This document shows, in pieces, positions 38,075 to 52,144 of a stretch of 64,000 nucleotides of DNA. The stretch's first letter is position 1; every line of letters begins with the position of its first letter. The stretch is taken from assembly GCF_964355755.1 (NCBI RefSeq), contig NC_092672.1, forward strand, positions 21,155,237 through 21,219,236, written 5' to 3'. Made by a program: the position numbers and the translations under genes. The notes beneath the pieces were generated by a model. That model searched no databases and was not told the DNA's origin. It saw only the letters and a list, made by a program, of their open reading frames with translations. The stretch is from Antedon mediterranea (Eukaryota > Animalia > Echinodermata).

Positions 38075-40625
38075 TGTAAGGATGTGGATGACAACACAAA
38101 AGGAAAAACACGCCTTTTCTCACTTTTACCACGGTCCGGTGGTGTATTTGGTTTTAATTTGTTTTTAGCATAACAGTAGAGATCAGTATGGTCCTGAAAA
38201 CCACAAAATAAATACAATGAGAAACAAAAGTAAATAATATTCTAAAATACAAGCCAATTCTTAGTAACGACCTCAACTTAACAGGCGACTCTAATAAAAA
38301 GGATTCTCTCTGAGGACTGCGACTATTACATCAAACGGCACGTCTACCTAAACAGCCTCTGTATACTTTGTTAGAGTATACAAATACCTAATTAATTACC
38401 TACACAATTGCATCATAAGTGCCTGAATATTACTATTATATTACTAGAATAAATGCATGTTGGAATTTACTCACACTATTTGAATACTAAACTTAGTCTA
38501 TTCATTGAATCAAGGAGTTATAATCTTAGGTTTGTGTAAAATATATAAACAATAACAAATCCATGGGCGCAGCCATTTTGTATGATAAATAGAGGGCGCA
38601 CTACATGACGATCTATCACGAGCATGGTAGCCTCGTGTGTACAAATTAATCAAGTGTGAACTGTAGGATGAACTATTTTATACAAACTGTTAACTAGAAA
38701 CTATCTTCTATAAACTAAACATTACTAAATCTATCTAAACATATTTTGTTAATACAAAGAAGGTTTATCACAAAAGTATATATTATAACATTATATAGCA
38801 TAAAATCCTAGTTCAAAGATTGTAACACAATACTATTCAATAGGCTTCCTAACTGCACATTCCATGAGTCAAGGTTAACCCAAAACAAATGTCTAGGCCT
38901 ATGAATGCAATCATCTTAAAATACAACATTAATGTTTCTTAAACATAACAGAATCTTATAAATGTATAACAAAGTAATATATGTATAAAGTAGAGTAATT
39001 ACCTTTTAATCAGATCTTTAATTAAATAAGAGACAAAACTATCTGCTTCCTTGACCGGTTCATGAATACAAAAGAAAGAAAATCATTTGAAAAAGACTGT
39101 TACAATTATAGGGGGCAGTAACACCTATAGGGGGCAGTATTTAATTATCACATGAATAGATTAATCCCCACACTCCCCTGTTTAAGCTGAGTTTGTCCTC
39201 AAACTTAATATTACGAAATAAAATGTGAGAAACAACAAAATCAGCTGCATTCTGTCCTCGCAATTTTCTGACTTTTATAGCTGCCTTGATGTCTTCAACA
39301 AAGGACTCTACACATTCCCCTCCGGCTCCCACAAAGTGTCTCATCTTCTTCTCTGGGAGAACATATACTGTGTTTCCATTACCATGGGCAGCACGCCTAG
39401 TTGCTTCTAGTTCGGCTCTTAGCTCATCAACCGTCCTCTGCACATCTCGCAACGATGCCTTGCTTGCCATCACTGATCTCTAATGTTAAAGCCAAATACG
39501 ATCCACGATCCCACTTCTGACACCAAATTGTAAGGATGTGGACGACAACACAAAAGGAAAAACACGCCTTTTCTCACTTTTACCACGGTCCGGTGGTGTA
39601 TTTGGTTTTAATTTGTTTTTAGCATAACAGTAGAGATCAGTATGGTCCTGAAAACCACAAAATAAATACAATGAGAAACAAAAGTAAATAATATTCTAAA
39701 ATACAAGCCAATTCTTAGTAACGACCTCAACTTAACAGGCGACTCTAATAAAAAGGATTCTCTCTGAGGACTGCGACTATTACATCAAACGGCACGTCTA
39801 CCTAAACAGCCTCTGTATACTTTGTTAGAGTATACAAATACCTAATTAATTACCTACACAATTGCATCATAGGTGCCTGAATATTACTATTATATTACTA
39901 GAATAAATGCATGTTGGAATTTACTCACACTATTTGAATACTAAACTTAGTCTATTCATTGAATCAAGGAGTTATAATCTTAGGTTTGTGTAAAATATAT
40001 AAACAATAACAAATCCATGGGCGCAGCCATTTTGTATGATAAATAGAGGGCGCACTACATGACAATCTATCACGAGCATGGTAGCCTCGTGTGTACAAAT
40101 TAATCAAGTGTGAACTGTAGGATGAACTATTTTATACAAACTGTTAACTAGAAACTATCTTCTATAAACTAAACATTACTAAATCTATCTAAACATATTT
40201 TGTTAATACAAAGAAGGTTTATCACAAAAGTATATATTATAACATTATATAGCATAAAATCCTAGTTCAAAGATTGTAACACAATACTATTCAATAGGCT
40301 TCCTAACTGCACATTCCATGAGTCAAGGTTAACCCAAAACAAATGTCTAGGCCTATGAATGCAATCATCTTAAAATACAACATTAATGTTTCTTAAACAT
40401 AACAGAATCTTATAAATGTATAACAAAGTAATATATGTATAAAGTAGAGTAATTACCTTTTAATCAGATCTTTAATTAAATAAGAGACAAAACTATCTGC
40501 TTCCTTGACCGGTTCATGAATACAAAAGAAAGAAAATCATTTGAAAAAGACTGTTACAATTATAGGGGCAGTAACACCTATAGGGGGCAGTATTTAATTA
40601 TCACATGAATAGATTAATTCCCACA
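38075..40625 (-). mobile_element. Non-autonomous Gypsy-type LTR element: ~1.1-kb LTRs, 356-bp interior
   Basis: LTRs 38075-39172 and 39529-40625 (TG..CA, about 5 differences), TSD TATA, PBS TGGTGTCAGAAGTGGGAT (39508-39525, tRNA-Leu type), PPT AAACAGGGGAG next to 39172. Confidence 0.93.
39225..39470 (-). pseudogene. N-terminal gag fragment of the Gypsy element
   Basis: MASKASLRDVQRTVDELRAELE..VYVLPEKKMRHFVG..VESFVEDIK..FVVSH just downstream of the PBS: a coiled coil plus a Gypsy gag-like KlrkFsG motif. Confidence 0.7.
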
Positions 40626-40985
40626 TATATATTTACTATTATATTTATGTCAACTTCATCACTGTTTACTTGATGCAATAAAAGAAATAAATAATAATAA
40701 TAATAATAATAATAATTGCAAATGAAAAGATGCTGATTTTTCTAAATGTCAGGCCTTCTATCTGATGGTTTGTATCCTAATATAATTGTTTGGCGACTTT
40801 TTCAATTTCATTTTATAACTTGATACAACTAATTTCAACATTTGCTCTTCTAGTACTCCTTTTTAATTTTATCTGAATTGTTCACATTCCTCAAATATGT
40901 ATCATGGATGTTCAAAGGAGACTTTAATACCATATAACCATAAAATCTTTATTATAGGCCTAATAGAGAGTTTGTTTACATTTAA

Positions 40986-41300
40986 TTATCGTAGGAGGAG
41001 ATAGGAAAATGCGAAGTGTCCTCGTATTATTGTCTGCGGGTATTTTTCAAATTGGACATCCATTAGACAGTGTATACCACGATCGGAAAACACCCCTATT
41101 TGGGGCAAATCGTTGAACCTAAATTCGTTTTAATCGTCAATAACTAATTATCGAATTCAATTTAATTAGTAAACAGGGTTACATCAGGTGGTTAAAATCA
41201 GTACCGAAAGTACGAACCAACTTTACATACCATCGAGTAAACATTCTAGAAATAACGCGCGATTTACCGAATTTTGCCCTTACGTAAATTTATATATAGA
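40986..41300 (-). mobile_element. Helitron 5' fragment, copy 2
   Basis: Reverse complement of 31198-31512; 5' TC at 41300. Confidence 0.85.
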
Positions 41301-44300
41301 TATCAGGTGCTTAATTAATATTTTGATTAATTTTCAACATTTGTCCAATTGTCCAATTGAAATGCGTTGTTTTGTCAAATAAGTTGACTCCAGTATGTTT
41401 CCTTGTACTAATAGGCCTATTGTTAAATAATATTTATTTATTTTACTTACTCTGGAAGCACCTTCATTCAAGAAGTGTGCCACTGTTTCTAAAGTGTAGC
41501 TTCCAAATAAATTATTATATTATATGTAAAAAAAGTGGAGTAAAGTTACTTTAGGTAACTAATTAATTATAAAGGCATTCATTTTAAATGTGTTATAATT
41601 ATAGCTAATTCTTTATCTTGTTATTTACTTTATTAATATTAAAAATAAACTTCCAACAGCAAGGAGTTATTTAATTACTAATTATGTGTACACATTCAGA
41701 ATACCATAGATATATTTAATAGTGAAAATACCTCTATGAGAATCCCTACCAACTAGCCCCAACATGCATTTGAGCAGTGGGGTGTGTGTAATAATTAGAA
41801 TAGCCACAAGGATATCTCAGAAAAATTTTACTTTTTAACTACTGGACAGATTTTTTTGAAAAAAAATCTAATAATTCTTAAAATAATGCAAGACTATAGC
41901 AATCATGCTTAATAACGAAAAAGTTATTGTGAATATTACTGAAATTGTGTTCAGGCAGAATGAGTTTATATCACACTTCCTGTTCACCAAGATAAATTAA
42001 ACAGATAAGATTGTAATCCTTTTTTTTCCACTTTAACTGGTGACTCTACTTGTAATGATTGTTTATTCTTACTATAGGCGCACCTATGCCTGAACCTATT
42101 ACGGTTATGGTATGCACTAAATATGTCCATCATTATGGGATTAAATATTATCCTTATTTAGGCTATTTATTAAATAATAATATATTACGAACTGAGGCAT
42201 ACTATTATAGTAGGCCTATGTGTAGCCACAAATCGTTAAACGATATATAATTTAGTCCTACAATTTCACTGAACTCTAAGTATGTGATCGTAAAAATCAT
42301 AAATAATTTAATTATACAATATCAGACTAAAATAGAAGAATTTTAGTTTTGCTAAACGGTCATAATATAGACTGAAACATAAATTAAATGTCATATACAG
42401 TAATAAAAATAAGAAATTGTGTCGTTGGAATTCTAATATACGTATATTTTTGAATATTCATGAGAACAAATTATATAATTTTTTTCATGCGCGCACTAAA
42501 ATATGATTTTAAAATAAGTTGGAGTCTTTAATATGCTACAAAATGCACTAGGGTTATTAAATTAAAAAGTTGCTTAAACGGTAAAATTTCGATTTACCAA
42601 ATGATACGTCTATGGCTTGATAAAAAATATGATTAATTTGTTAGCTGGTATAAAAACTGCGATATCTCCGTAAAAATTTACTCGATTTTTAAACGGTTTT
42701 TTCGAGAAAAAAGCTCAAAGAACAATGAACAACTGCACAAAGGTCATGCTTCACTATGATGTATTAGAAACTACTGCGCAGCCTCTGTTTACTTTTACTG
42801 ATTGATAACTGTATTTCAAATGAAGACTATGTTATTGTTACATGCAAAAAAGCACTGAATTCAAGACTGACATTTTTTTACAGGCAGACTAACTTCTTAG
42901 ATGCAAAGTAGACACTTTTATGCTCTGCAATAATTCAATGTGTTTTCGACTACTGTATGCTACATCAGTCTGGTATTCTGGTATAACTTCACTCCTCAAA
43001 ATAAACTGTAACCCTAAATAAAATTGTACAGTTTTTTCTTATCACCCACTAACAATCAACCACTAATGAAACAATTTCATTAACCACTAATGTACAAAAC
43101 TTCATTAAAGTAGAAAATTAGTTTAGAGTTATTTTGGAAATATTCTATATTTTTTTGTGGAGAAAACATTTTTTAATTTGTTGAACTTCAGTTTTAATCC
43201 TATGTGTCTTTGTCAATTCTCTATGTTTTTCTTCTCTGAGACAAATATGGTACTACATTTTTCACATGTACGCTGAACTTTTATCTGTCCCACTTAATAA
43301 AGTTGAATTGTCGAGTTTGTTGAATTTAGCCTGGTTAGTGTCTGTCCGTTCATTCGTTAATTTAATATTTTTACAACTGTAGGACATACAGTATAGGGTC
43401 TTTACTTTTTATAGGGTCTATTGAACCTAGTTTGACTGTCTGTCCATCCTTCAGTTCTCATTTTTAACCTTTGGACTAAGTGTATTTAATAAAAAATGCC
43501 GCCTTCGGTTTTTTGCGAGTGGGAGACGTGGAAATGACAATTCACAACGAGAGTATCTCCCCAATCCCCTATTAGAACAAAGTAAATTCTCTTATCTAAT
43601 TATAATTTGAGTAGAATATAAAAAATGATGAAATATAATGAAACACCTAACTTTTTCTTCAAATATGTTTGATACAGAGATGCTGTACTGTAAGTTGCTA
43701 ACTTTTTTTATGCAATTGTTGTGTATTAAAATTGATTAGGGAAAAATGAAATCACAAAACATTTTAATCTTTTGTAGTTTATTGTAAAGAACATATTGTT
43801 TTTATTTCATTTTCATAAATTGTAGTATACACTTACATATAAATAGAATTCAGTACTGTACTGTAATACTTAAAAACATATGGCCTACAATGTTTCAAGC
43901 AGTTAAGGGGAATCATTGGACAGTATTAAACAGTTAAAAAATTTAAAAAAAATTAAATTTATTGTATTTCGGATCTCAAACAACAAGTGTTGTTCAGTGA
44001 CTTTATAGAGATCATTACTGCTATCTGCCAAGATATGTTTTTCTTGGTTCTGTGAGATTTTGTTTAGTACATGCTGTTGTATCTCCAAACATTTCCGAAA
44101 TCCTTTATTGCTTTATTAATCCTTCTAGCTTCATTTTCATTTTGTTTGTCATTTCTGTCATGGTCTGTTTAATGAATAGGAAAAAATATACCATTTAGTG
44201 ACATGATTTATATATTTATACTTTTATTGTACATGAATGTTATTAAAGTGAAATGAGGTTGGTTATATTTTTTTAACATATGTACAAAATTGAACTATGG

Positions 44301-45938
44301 TGAAATGCATGCAGTACATGAATGTTATTATAAAAAAATGTTACACCTTTGTACCAGTAACTTCCATAATGAATGAAGGAATGTTGAATACTTTGATTTG
44401 GGTGAGGGTGGGGCTACTGATATTTTTTACCTACCGGTTATAGCTTACTTAATATTATTTTATTTTTTAATTTTAATTCATATATCAACTGACAGATATG
44501 AAAACAATTCCACTAAAAAGTTGATAAACATGAAACAGTAACATCTTTATCTCATTGTAACATTAAACAACGGAATCAGGTTAATAATACTGCAGTGTAA
44601 TTCTTTAATATAATAAACAGTATGAATATTATTATTATAAAGTGTTGTACATTAAACAAGCATTGCGGATTGTTTGTATATTAGAAATATGCACAAAATT
44701 AAATTATGACAAAGTCCCGGTGTAACTTGGTAGCAACAGTTTCTACTAGGCCGACATTACAATTCCTTAATCTAATAAAACAGTGCATGAATCTTATATG
44801 AATTGATGCACATTACATAGGAGGTGGAAGATGGGTAGGGTTAATTTAAATAAGCACAATGGTGGTACTTACCTGACTGAACATTGAATACTGATTGTTG
44901 AATGTGTCTCTCCTGGCGGAGGGAAACAACAATTTACAAAAGAATGCCATAACATGTGGAGTAGCGTGATTGTTGTTCACCTAGTTGTGTGTGTATGTTA
45001 TTATAACATTTATTTTATCAAAATATTAAAACCACTTTAAAAATGAAATAAAAAATGTTTACATAGAACTACACGTAATACACAAAACAGTGATATTTAT
45101 TAGGTCATCCTTTCACCCACTAACAAGTTTTACAATAACAAATCTTTTTCTCATACTCTCTCTCTCTCTCTGGAAATGCGACTTATCTCTAACTTTCCAT
45201 ACGGAAAGTCTTACAATTAAAAAATTGATGGCCGGATGGGCACCGACTGATAATTTTAAAAATGAAAATTTGTTTAAGATTAAAATTTACATTTCCATCT
45301 GATAATTAAGACACTTTCTAAAGGTTAAAACATTGAAGTATAGATAAGTAAACAAAGATTTTGGTTAAGTTTAATTTAGTAGTAAAACCATTATTTATCC
45401 AACGAGAGTTGGCGGACAAACAAACATAACTCGAATCCTAGATTTCTAACTTTCAGAACATAACAAATATTCTAGTGGTTAAACTATTGTTATGTTAGTG
45501 GTAATGTATTACATTATTGTTAATGCTATATTAGTGGTTAATTTTTGTTATAAATGTGTCATTTTAACAGAACAAATACCCAGAGATACATTATAGCATT
45601 TATGTTATAACAGTTCAGTTTATAGTCCTATTTTAATATTTGTATCTTTTTTGTTTTCATTAATTCTAAAAGCAAGTAATATAATTTAAAATACAAATTG
45701 CATAGTTGTAAAATAAATGTTTCAAACATGCAGTTGAAAATAAAAAAAAAGGCAAATTACTAAAAATAATGACAATGCTGTGGGTGGCTGGATCTCAATG
45801 GAAAAAAAAAATTAGCAAAAAGCTAAATCAAAACGATAAAGTAAAAGTTAAAACAGCCAGACATTTTAATATAGATATCTTCTTTATTGTTTGTGTATAA
45901 ATGGACATTTATGTATATTTTGTTAATATTTTTTAATT

Positions 45939-47762
45939 ATATCGTCACACGAACCGGCGAATCCGCAAAATGTCCATTTCGAGAAAATCGCGATTGTCAA
46001 AAAGGCACCTTTTGCACGGTCATTTCTCGCAAGAAAATAAGCGAATGTCCATTATTTTTGTGGTTAATTATGTAAAAAATATATCAAATGAATAATTTTA
46101 AAATGTCCATAAAAAAATATACTCATTAATTAAAGAGTAATCACTTAATTAATACATTCGTCACTTCGTGTGAAGATTATTTACCGCGTATCGCGTAACT
46201 AATCGATATTCGACGCATATTCGTCACTTCGCGTGTGAACAAGGATCTTACGCAATGACTATGAAATATGCGGTATTCGCCATGATTGCGTGGTAATGAA
46301 TAGGCAGTTCCACCTAAACATCTTAGATAGGGCCCTCACGATAATAATATAAAGTAAACAAATTATTCTGTTAAAAATGCAAAAGAATAATCACAAATCA
46401 GTTGCAAAATATAATTTATAGTAGACTAACTGATGCACAAACATCATTTTAGCTATTGTAAATAATGCAAACACGTAAACATGGTTCATTGAATTAAATT
46501 TAATTATTAATTTATACATTATTTTGATCTCTACATAAGGCAAGGCAATGTTAGATAGTTAGAATAAACGTTTTTAATTCAATTTTCCCTTAGTAGGCCC
46601 TACGGGAACAGTTAAAAAATAATGTTGACAGTCCATTGTACAATACGGCCTTTTCAGCATATTAGGCCTACAATCATTTAGCCATTCATGACCAATATAG
46701 TATTTATTAAATAACATTAAATGTGTTATCTGCCTTTTCTAATACAGTATCCATATTAAAAGGCTAATTTAAATTATTTACTAATTTTATGGGATACTGT
46801 ATATAGCAATGTGGTCTTATTGTAGGGCATATCACAGGATACTGTGCAGACTACCCTATATAGTATACGATAGTATTTAGTATAGCCATGCCCCCAAAGA
46901 TATTTGGTGACGCACTGATTATAATAACTATACTGTAACTATCTAATTTAAAAAGCAAAAACAAAAAAATATAAATACTCTAACATCAAAATGTATGAAT
47001 TGTTTAATAAAAATGTGTATACAGAAATGAAAGTTATTATCCTTAGTAGCATTATCCATTAACAATAAAGGTGAAATTTGATGTTTCTTTTTAATAATCA
47101 GGTTATTTATTCTCTAAAAAATTAAATATTTCAAAATAATTATGACTATAACATTGATGTAGGCCTAATCGTTACCGTACCGTTTTGTGTATGTATTGTC
47201 AGTACCATAATTTAATTTAATGTTTTTGCTAGTGCTCGAGTGAACGTACGAAAGAACAAACATGGAAACGTTGCATTACATTTCCTGAAATGTATTTATA
47301 TAATTAGATTACTAAATAATTTATCAATAACCACAAAAATCAGTTTTTACTGGTTAAAATACTGTTCAATATTCTATAATCTATGCTCAATCTAACTTCG
47401 CGGGACTGAAAATTTCCCATAAAATAATGGAATGTTCCAGATATATGCAATAAACCAATCAGATCACAGGCAATTAGTGACGAATTGCATATTCGCCGTT
47501 TATTGAGGTGCGTAAACAGTGTGCGCGATGCGCGTTTTGCTCACACGAAGTGACGAATCGATATTCGACGCATCGTGGGACGAATGATTATAATATCACA
47601 ATATATTCGCCAAATTATAATTAAAATAATTAATTAATAAAATAAGATACGCAGTTGATATTTGCATCAATTGTTCTTTAGAATAAATACTTTCGAAATA
47701 TACAAAAAAGAATTTCGCGCCAAAAATGACGATTCGCCGGTTCGTGTGACGAGTGACGATAT
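45939..47762. mobile_element. Non-autonomous TIR element, unclassified
   Basis: TIR tcgtcacacgaaccggcgaatc / gattcgccggttcgtgtgacga; subterminal ttcgtcacttcg repeats on both sides. Confidence 0.8.
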
Positions 47763-47928
47763 GTCAGTCACATATTTTCCATCTTCATGTTTGGTGTAGG
47801 ACATTAAAACTGCATTCATTGTCACGTTTTCTGAGCTTTCAAAGCCTGTTCTTTAATATCAGTTCAAATATTCTAGCACTCTAATATTGTTCAATGTTTT
47901 TAATGTCTTGATTTGTGGTGAAAGGAAT

Positions 47929-49495
47929 GGATGGCAGATCCAGAGGGAGAAAGTAAAGTACTTTCAATTCATTAATTAAAACACATTGTTTTAGCGCCGT
48001 GCTAATTTAGTCTTTATTAGAGGTTGCCATTGCTGTTGCTGTCGTCACACAAAATTATTGTTATGGGTGTTTTGCTAAGTGGTATGACACATGTTCTTTT
48101 GCTGCCTAGCTAGATAATTCTGAAGAATATTATCAGCCTAGACAAAGAGCGCACAGGAGAAATATTTGAATACTCATTTACCCAAGCGATTCCTATACTG
48201 TAATTTGAAAACAGTCCTGATAGTCTCTCCAAAACATTGGAGAGTTTGTGTGTTTGAAAACTACTGAAAAGATGTTCAATTGCATTTTTTGATTACTAAA
48301 CCCTGCAAAAAGTGCATCAGTAGATCGAGAACATTTAGCTCTGGAGACTGTAAAAAATTATCTTTGAGGTACCATAATGGAAGATCGCTTAAATGCATTG
48401 TTATTGATGTTTGTTCATCAGGACAACTTTATTACGATGTCATTATTCTTAAGTATGTGAATATGTATCCCCGCTGGATGAAGTATGTAGGCCTATTTTT
48501 ATTTATTAAATTTACAGCATTGTTATTACATGTTATTGTTAAGATAATAAAATTAATAAGCAGTATAGAGATTCAGCCACTGATTACCACAGCATTGTCA
48601 TTTTTTAATAATTTTCCTTTTGACCTTTTTTAAAATAAGATATAGGCCTATAGCCCTAAAATCCTAAAACACGCTCTTTCACTATGTATATTATTTAACA
48701 TAACTAGGGCAATATGATAAATTTGAAGTCGTGTCATTTTTTTAAAGTAGTTAATAGGCAGCTTTCGAAACACACGACGCAGCGATTATCGAGATAAAAA
48801 AGACTGAAATCCTACTGCGCATGCGAGAGCAAAGCCAGTTTGTTCGGCCTTCTCATCATGAGACGAGATCCGGCTGATTTGGCATATGCCTGGAAGACAT
48901 GACTTGTACTACTGATTGTATTTTATTTAGAAAGATATTTAAGAACTGTTGTGTGATGACAATGTGTTAAATTAGGCCTATAGACCCTAGTAGGGAAATG
49001 CGATCATCATCATGAATCATGGTGATAAGGATGGCGATGGCAGGTGTTTTAGTATTAGCGATATGACAATGACCTGATCACGTTCTTATAAAATTGAAAC
49101 AGTTTATAATTCGTGATGCGAAAGGCATGCAACGGTATCCATGGTTGACTGACTTCCGCGTCTCGCGTCGCCACTTTGAAAGCTCACTGTTATTGCCATA
49201 CCGGAAGTACCTTTATCAGGGAATTCCCCCTGATGGTCACATTGAACGTGTGTTTACCAGCGGAATAAGTAGACTACGATCTTTTTACCAATTTTTAACA
49301 CGCTATGGGAGTGTCATTTCCGACCAACTATAGGTGCCATTTATCATAAATTTTACGTGCGGGAATACCATTTCTAACCGTCTAGGGGTGTCATTTAACA
49401 AAATTTGCTTCACCACAGGTCCCACCTGTGCCTCATGTACTTGGTGACTGGTTGCGTCCCCTCTCCCATTTACTAGAAGGCTAGATCCGCCCTTG
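47929..49495 (+). mobile_element. Decayed hAT (Tip100/ZMYM1-like) element with dimerisation-domain relic at ~48290-48490
   Basis: Frameshifted PAKSASVDR-TFSS-ETVKNYL*GTIMEDRLNALLLMFVHQD..YPRWM; ends ggcagatccag / ctagatccgcccttg. Confidence 0.7.
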
Positions 49496-49892
49496 TTTAT
49501 GATGAGCAACAATGCCTGTTTTCTGTGTGGTGTAATTAAAAAGAAGTAAATATGATTGCAACTTCATTCTCCTTGTACCTCCTTGTACACACCTTGAAAT
49601 TGAATTGCATAAATGAATAATTAAATATCAAAATGAATAATATTAAACATAATGTTAGTCCATTATGTACTTCATATTTCATATCATAAAACGCTACCAG
49701 GCACTAATAATAGAATTAGAAGCCAGGCATATACAGTAGGCACATTGGTGGGCTGGTTTGTCCTGAATTCAACTTGTTATAGTAGCCTAAGGTGCCCCAA
49801 ATACAACATTTGGCAAAATTCTGCCAGGAAGACTTTTTTTCAGTAGTTAGGTAGTTTAACCTAATGTAATAACATGTCTGGTGACTCCCTAC

Positions 49893-50390
49893 TTTATTTA
49901 TTTATTATTTATTTCCTTTATTGCATCAAGTAAACAGTGATGAAGTTTACATAAATATAATAGTAAATAATTATGTAAACATATAGTATAACACAGTCCA
50001 AACAAGTAATACTAAAATATATCATAGTTTACAAATCAGTCTTTCAATGGCCATCATAGTACAGTACATCCAGTAACACAAACCAATAGGGGTTCACCAT
50101 TTGCTTATCATAACTCAGTTACTGATCATTCACCAATCATTGAAAACTCTATGGAAAGTAATGAAGTTGTTTGTGCGTTGTGTCCGGACTTTGGGAAGGG
50201 TGAACAATCTAACGCGTCGGAGCTGATGGTTGTGTGTGGGAGGTTTAGGTAAGAGAGAGTGTAATATATGATCTTCTTTTTTCATTTTATCAAAGAATTT
50301 TCTTGACAACTTCTTGCGGCGTTCAGATAGAGCGATGATGTTAAGGTATCTGCGGGTATCAGCATACGAGGTACCATCGGGGCATATTAT
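49893..50390 (-). mobile_element. 3' fragment of the same LINE family as 37549
   Basis: PDGTSYADTRRYLNII.LSERR.KLSRKFFDKMKKEDHIL; uninterrupted 3' UTR and A-rich tail. Confidence 0.92.
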
Positions 50391-50756
50391 GAAAAAAGAT
50401 GGTGGATATAAAGGTGGATAACTTTTGCTATAATAGTATGAAAATATAAATCTGAAGTTGAATAAAAATACCAGAAATGTAAAATTCAAGTTATATTACC
50501 TATATTTAGTCATTTTTTACAACACTGTTTATTTTTCATAGCTTTTTAAAATGCCTCTCTATTTACAAAATTTGTGTACACAAGAATAGAGATTTTACTG
50601 TGTAATTTGAACTACTGATAATAAAATGCTTATTTTCAACAAGCTTGTGTAACACAAATGAAATCCCAAAAATTATGAAACATAGGGAAAACTATAGATC
50701 AATAATTATTGGAATGTATGATCAATAGAAATTTTTGGCCCGCACCTGGCCTTTAA

Positions 50757-52144
50757 ATTGGGTGTGCGGCCAAATATTATTTGAAAGGTATTAAAACCCA
50801 TTTCTAGACTGGTATTTTGTGTGGATATCATAGATAAAACTACCCCTACAGCATCGCAAAGAAGAATTTTAATAGTTCTGAAGACTTTTTTTATAATTAG
50901 GATTTTATATCAAAATCATATATCACAGTTTAAACTTTTTAATCAAAAATACTATGTAGAAATGTTGTCATCAGTGACTTAACTATAGCAATACTGTGCA
51001 ACTCCTTTTCATAACTGTCTCAGTTGTGAGTTCACTTCCAGGATTCAACATTTTTTTGAATTACTACTTTTCTGAAATATGGTGAGGGACCTAAATGATG
51101 TATCTCTACAAAACATTAAAGACCCCCACCCTGCATCGAGTAACTCTTTTAGAACAATTCTGTCCTTAACATTTTATAGCATGCAAATACAGGTTCCTGG
51201 CAAAGAAGCATAAAAGTGGACGTACAGTAGTTGTGCAAACATTTGGGAGGTTTTGCATACGTCACACAAACTTATTCGTTTTCGTAAGCCAGTACAAATC
51301 TGTTTCGCATGGCAAAGAAATATTGAGAGCGCCATCCAAAATATGACTGCTGTAAATTTGAATGAAGCGCAGGTACATGTTGCAATGGTTGCCTATAGGC
51401 CTAGTGTAGCGAGAGAGGACTTTAAAAACTACTATTTATCAAAATTGACTTGGCATTTTTACTAAATTACTTTCAATAAATTATCTATATTTATATTATA
51501 ATCATGAATCAATTTTTTATTCAATGCAAAGTGTGCAAAACAGATAAAAAACTATGACTAGTGATTTTCTTCAACACAAATACGCTTTACGAATATCGGC
51601 TCAAAAGTTTAACAAATGTATGACCTATCCGTTTCCATTATCGTATTTGTAAGGTTGCGAAACCTCCATATTATTGGTGCCATCATATTATATCAACATC
51701 TTTATAGGTTATGTAGAATCTGTAGCAAAGCTAGCATCGATATGACTTTACTCCAATACTATAAAATGAAAATAGAGAATATTTAATAATCTTAATGAAT
51801 CACAGGATCAAGTGTAAAATTGTATTCAGAGATTTATGGAAAGTTATGGTTTCAATTAATGTATACCCAATTTGTAATAATAACGCTAAACCAAATAGGG
51901 TGAAGTTTGAAGAACTTAGTGGTTAAGTCATTTTTCAACTGTTATAGTCTAATTGATACTAGATTGTACCATGTCAAAATGTTAGCAAACTCCCTGCTTC
52001 GTAGCAATACTACAATTTTTTCATGAATATTTTCTGATTGTTGTAATACCAACATAAACATGGTCGATTTATCTAAAACAGATCAATGAAAAATTAAAAT
52101 AGAGATCTAAAACAACAGATTAAATTGTCTGCTTTATGGCATAT
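50757..52144. mobile_element. TTAA-flanked non-autonomous element (Kolobok-like)
   Basis: TTAA on both sides; ends shared with 9-236; abuts a second similar end (ggcccgcacctggcct|ttaa) head to head. Confidence 0.5.

Larger units (their letters stand above)
37549..40716 (+). mobile_element. 5'-truncated CR1-group LINE interrupted by an LTR element
   Basis: YQAVIRPVLQYACAVWSP..IEHVQRRACNII..LSERR..FF. The 3' UTR resumes at 40630 and ends in AATAAA plus (TAA)n; possible TSD AATTGCA. Confidence 0.9.
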
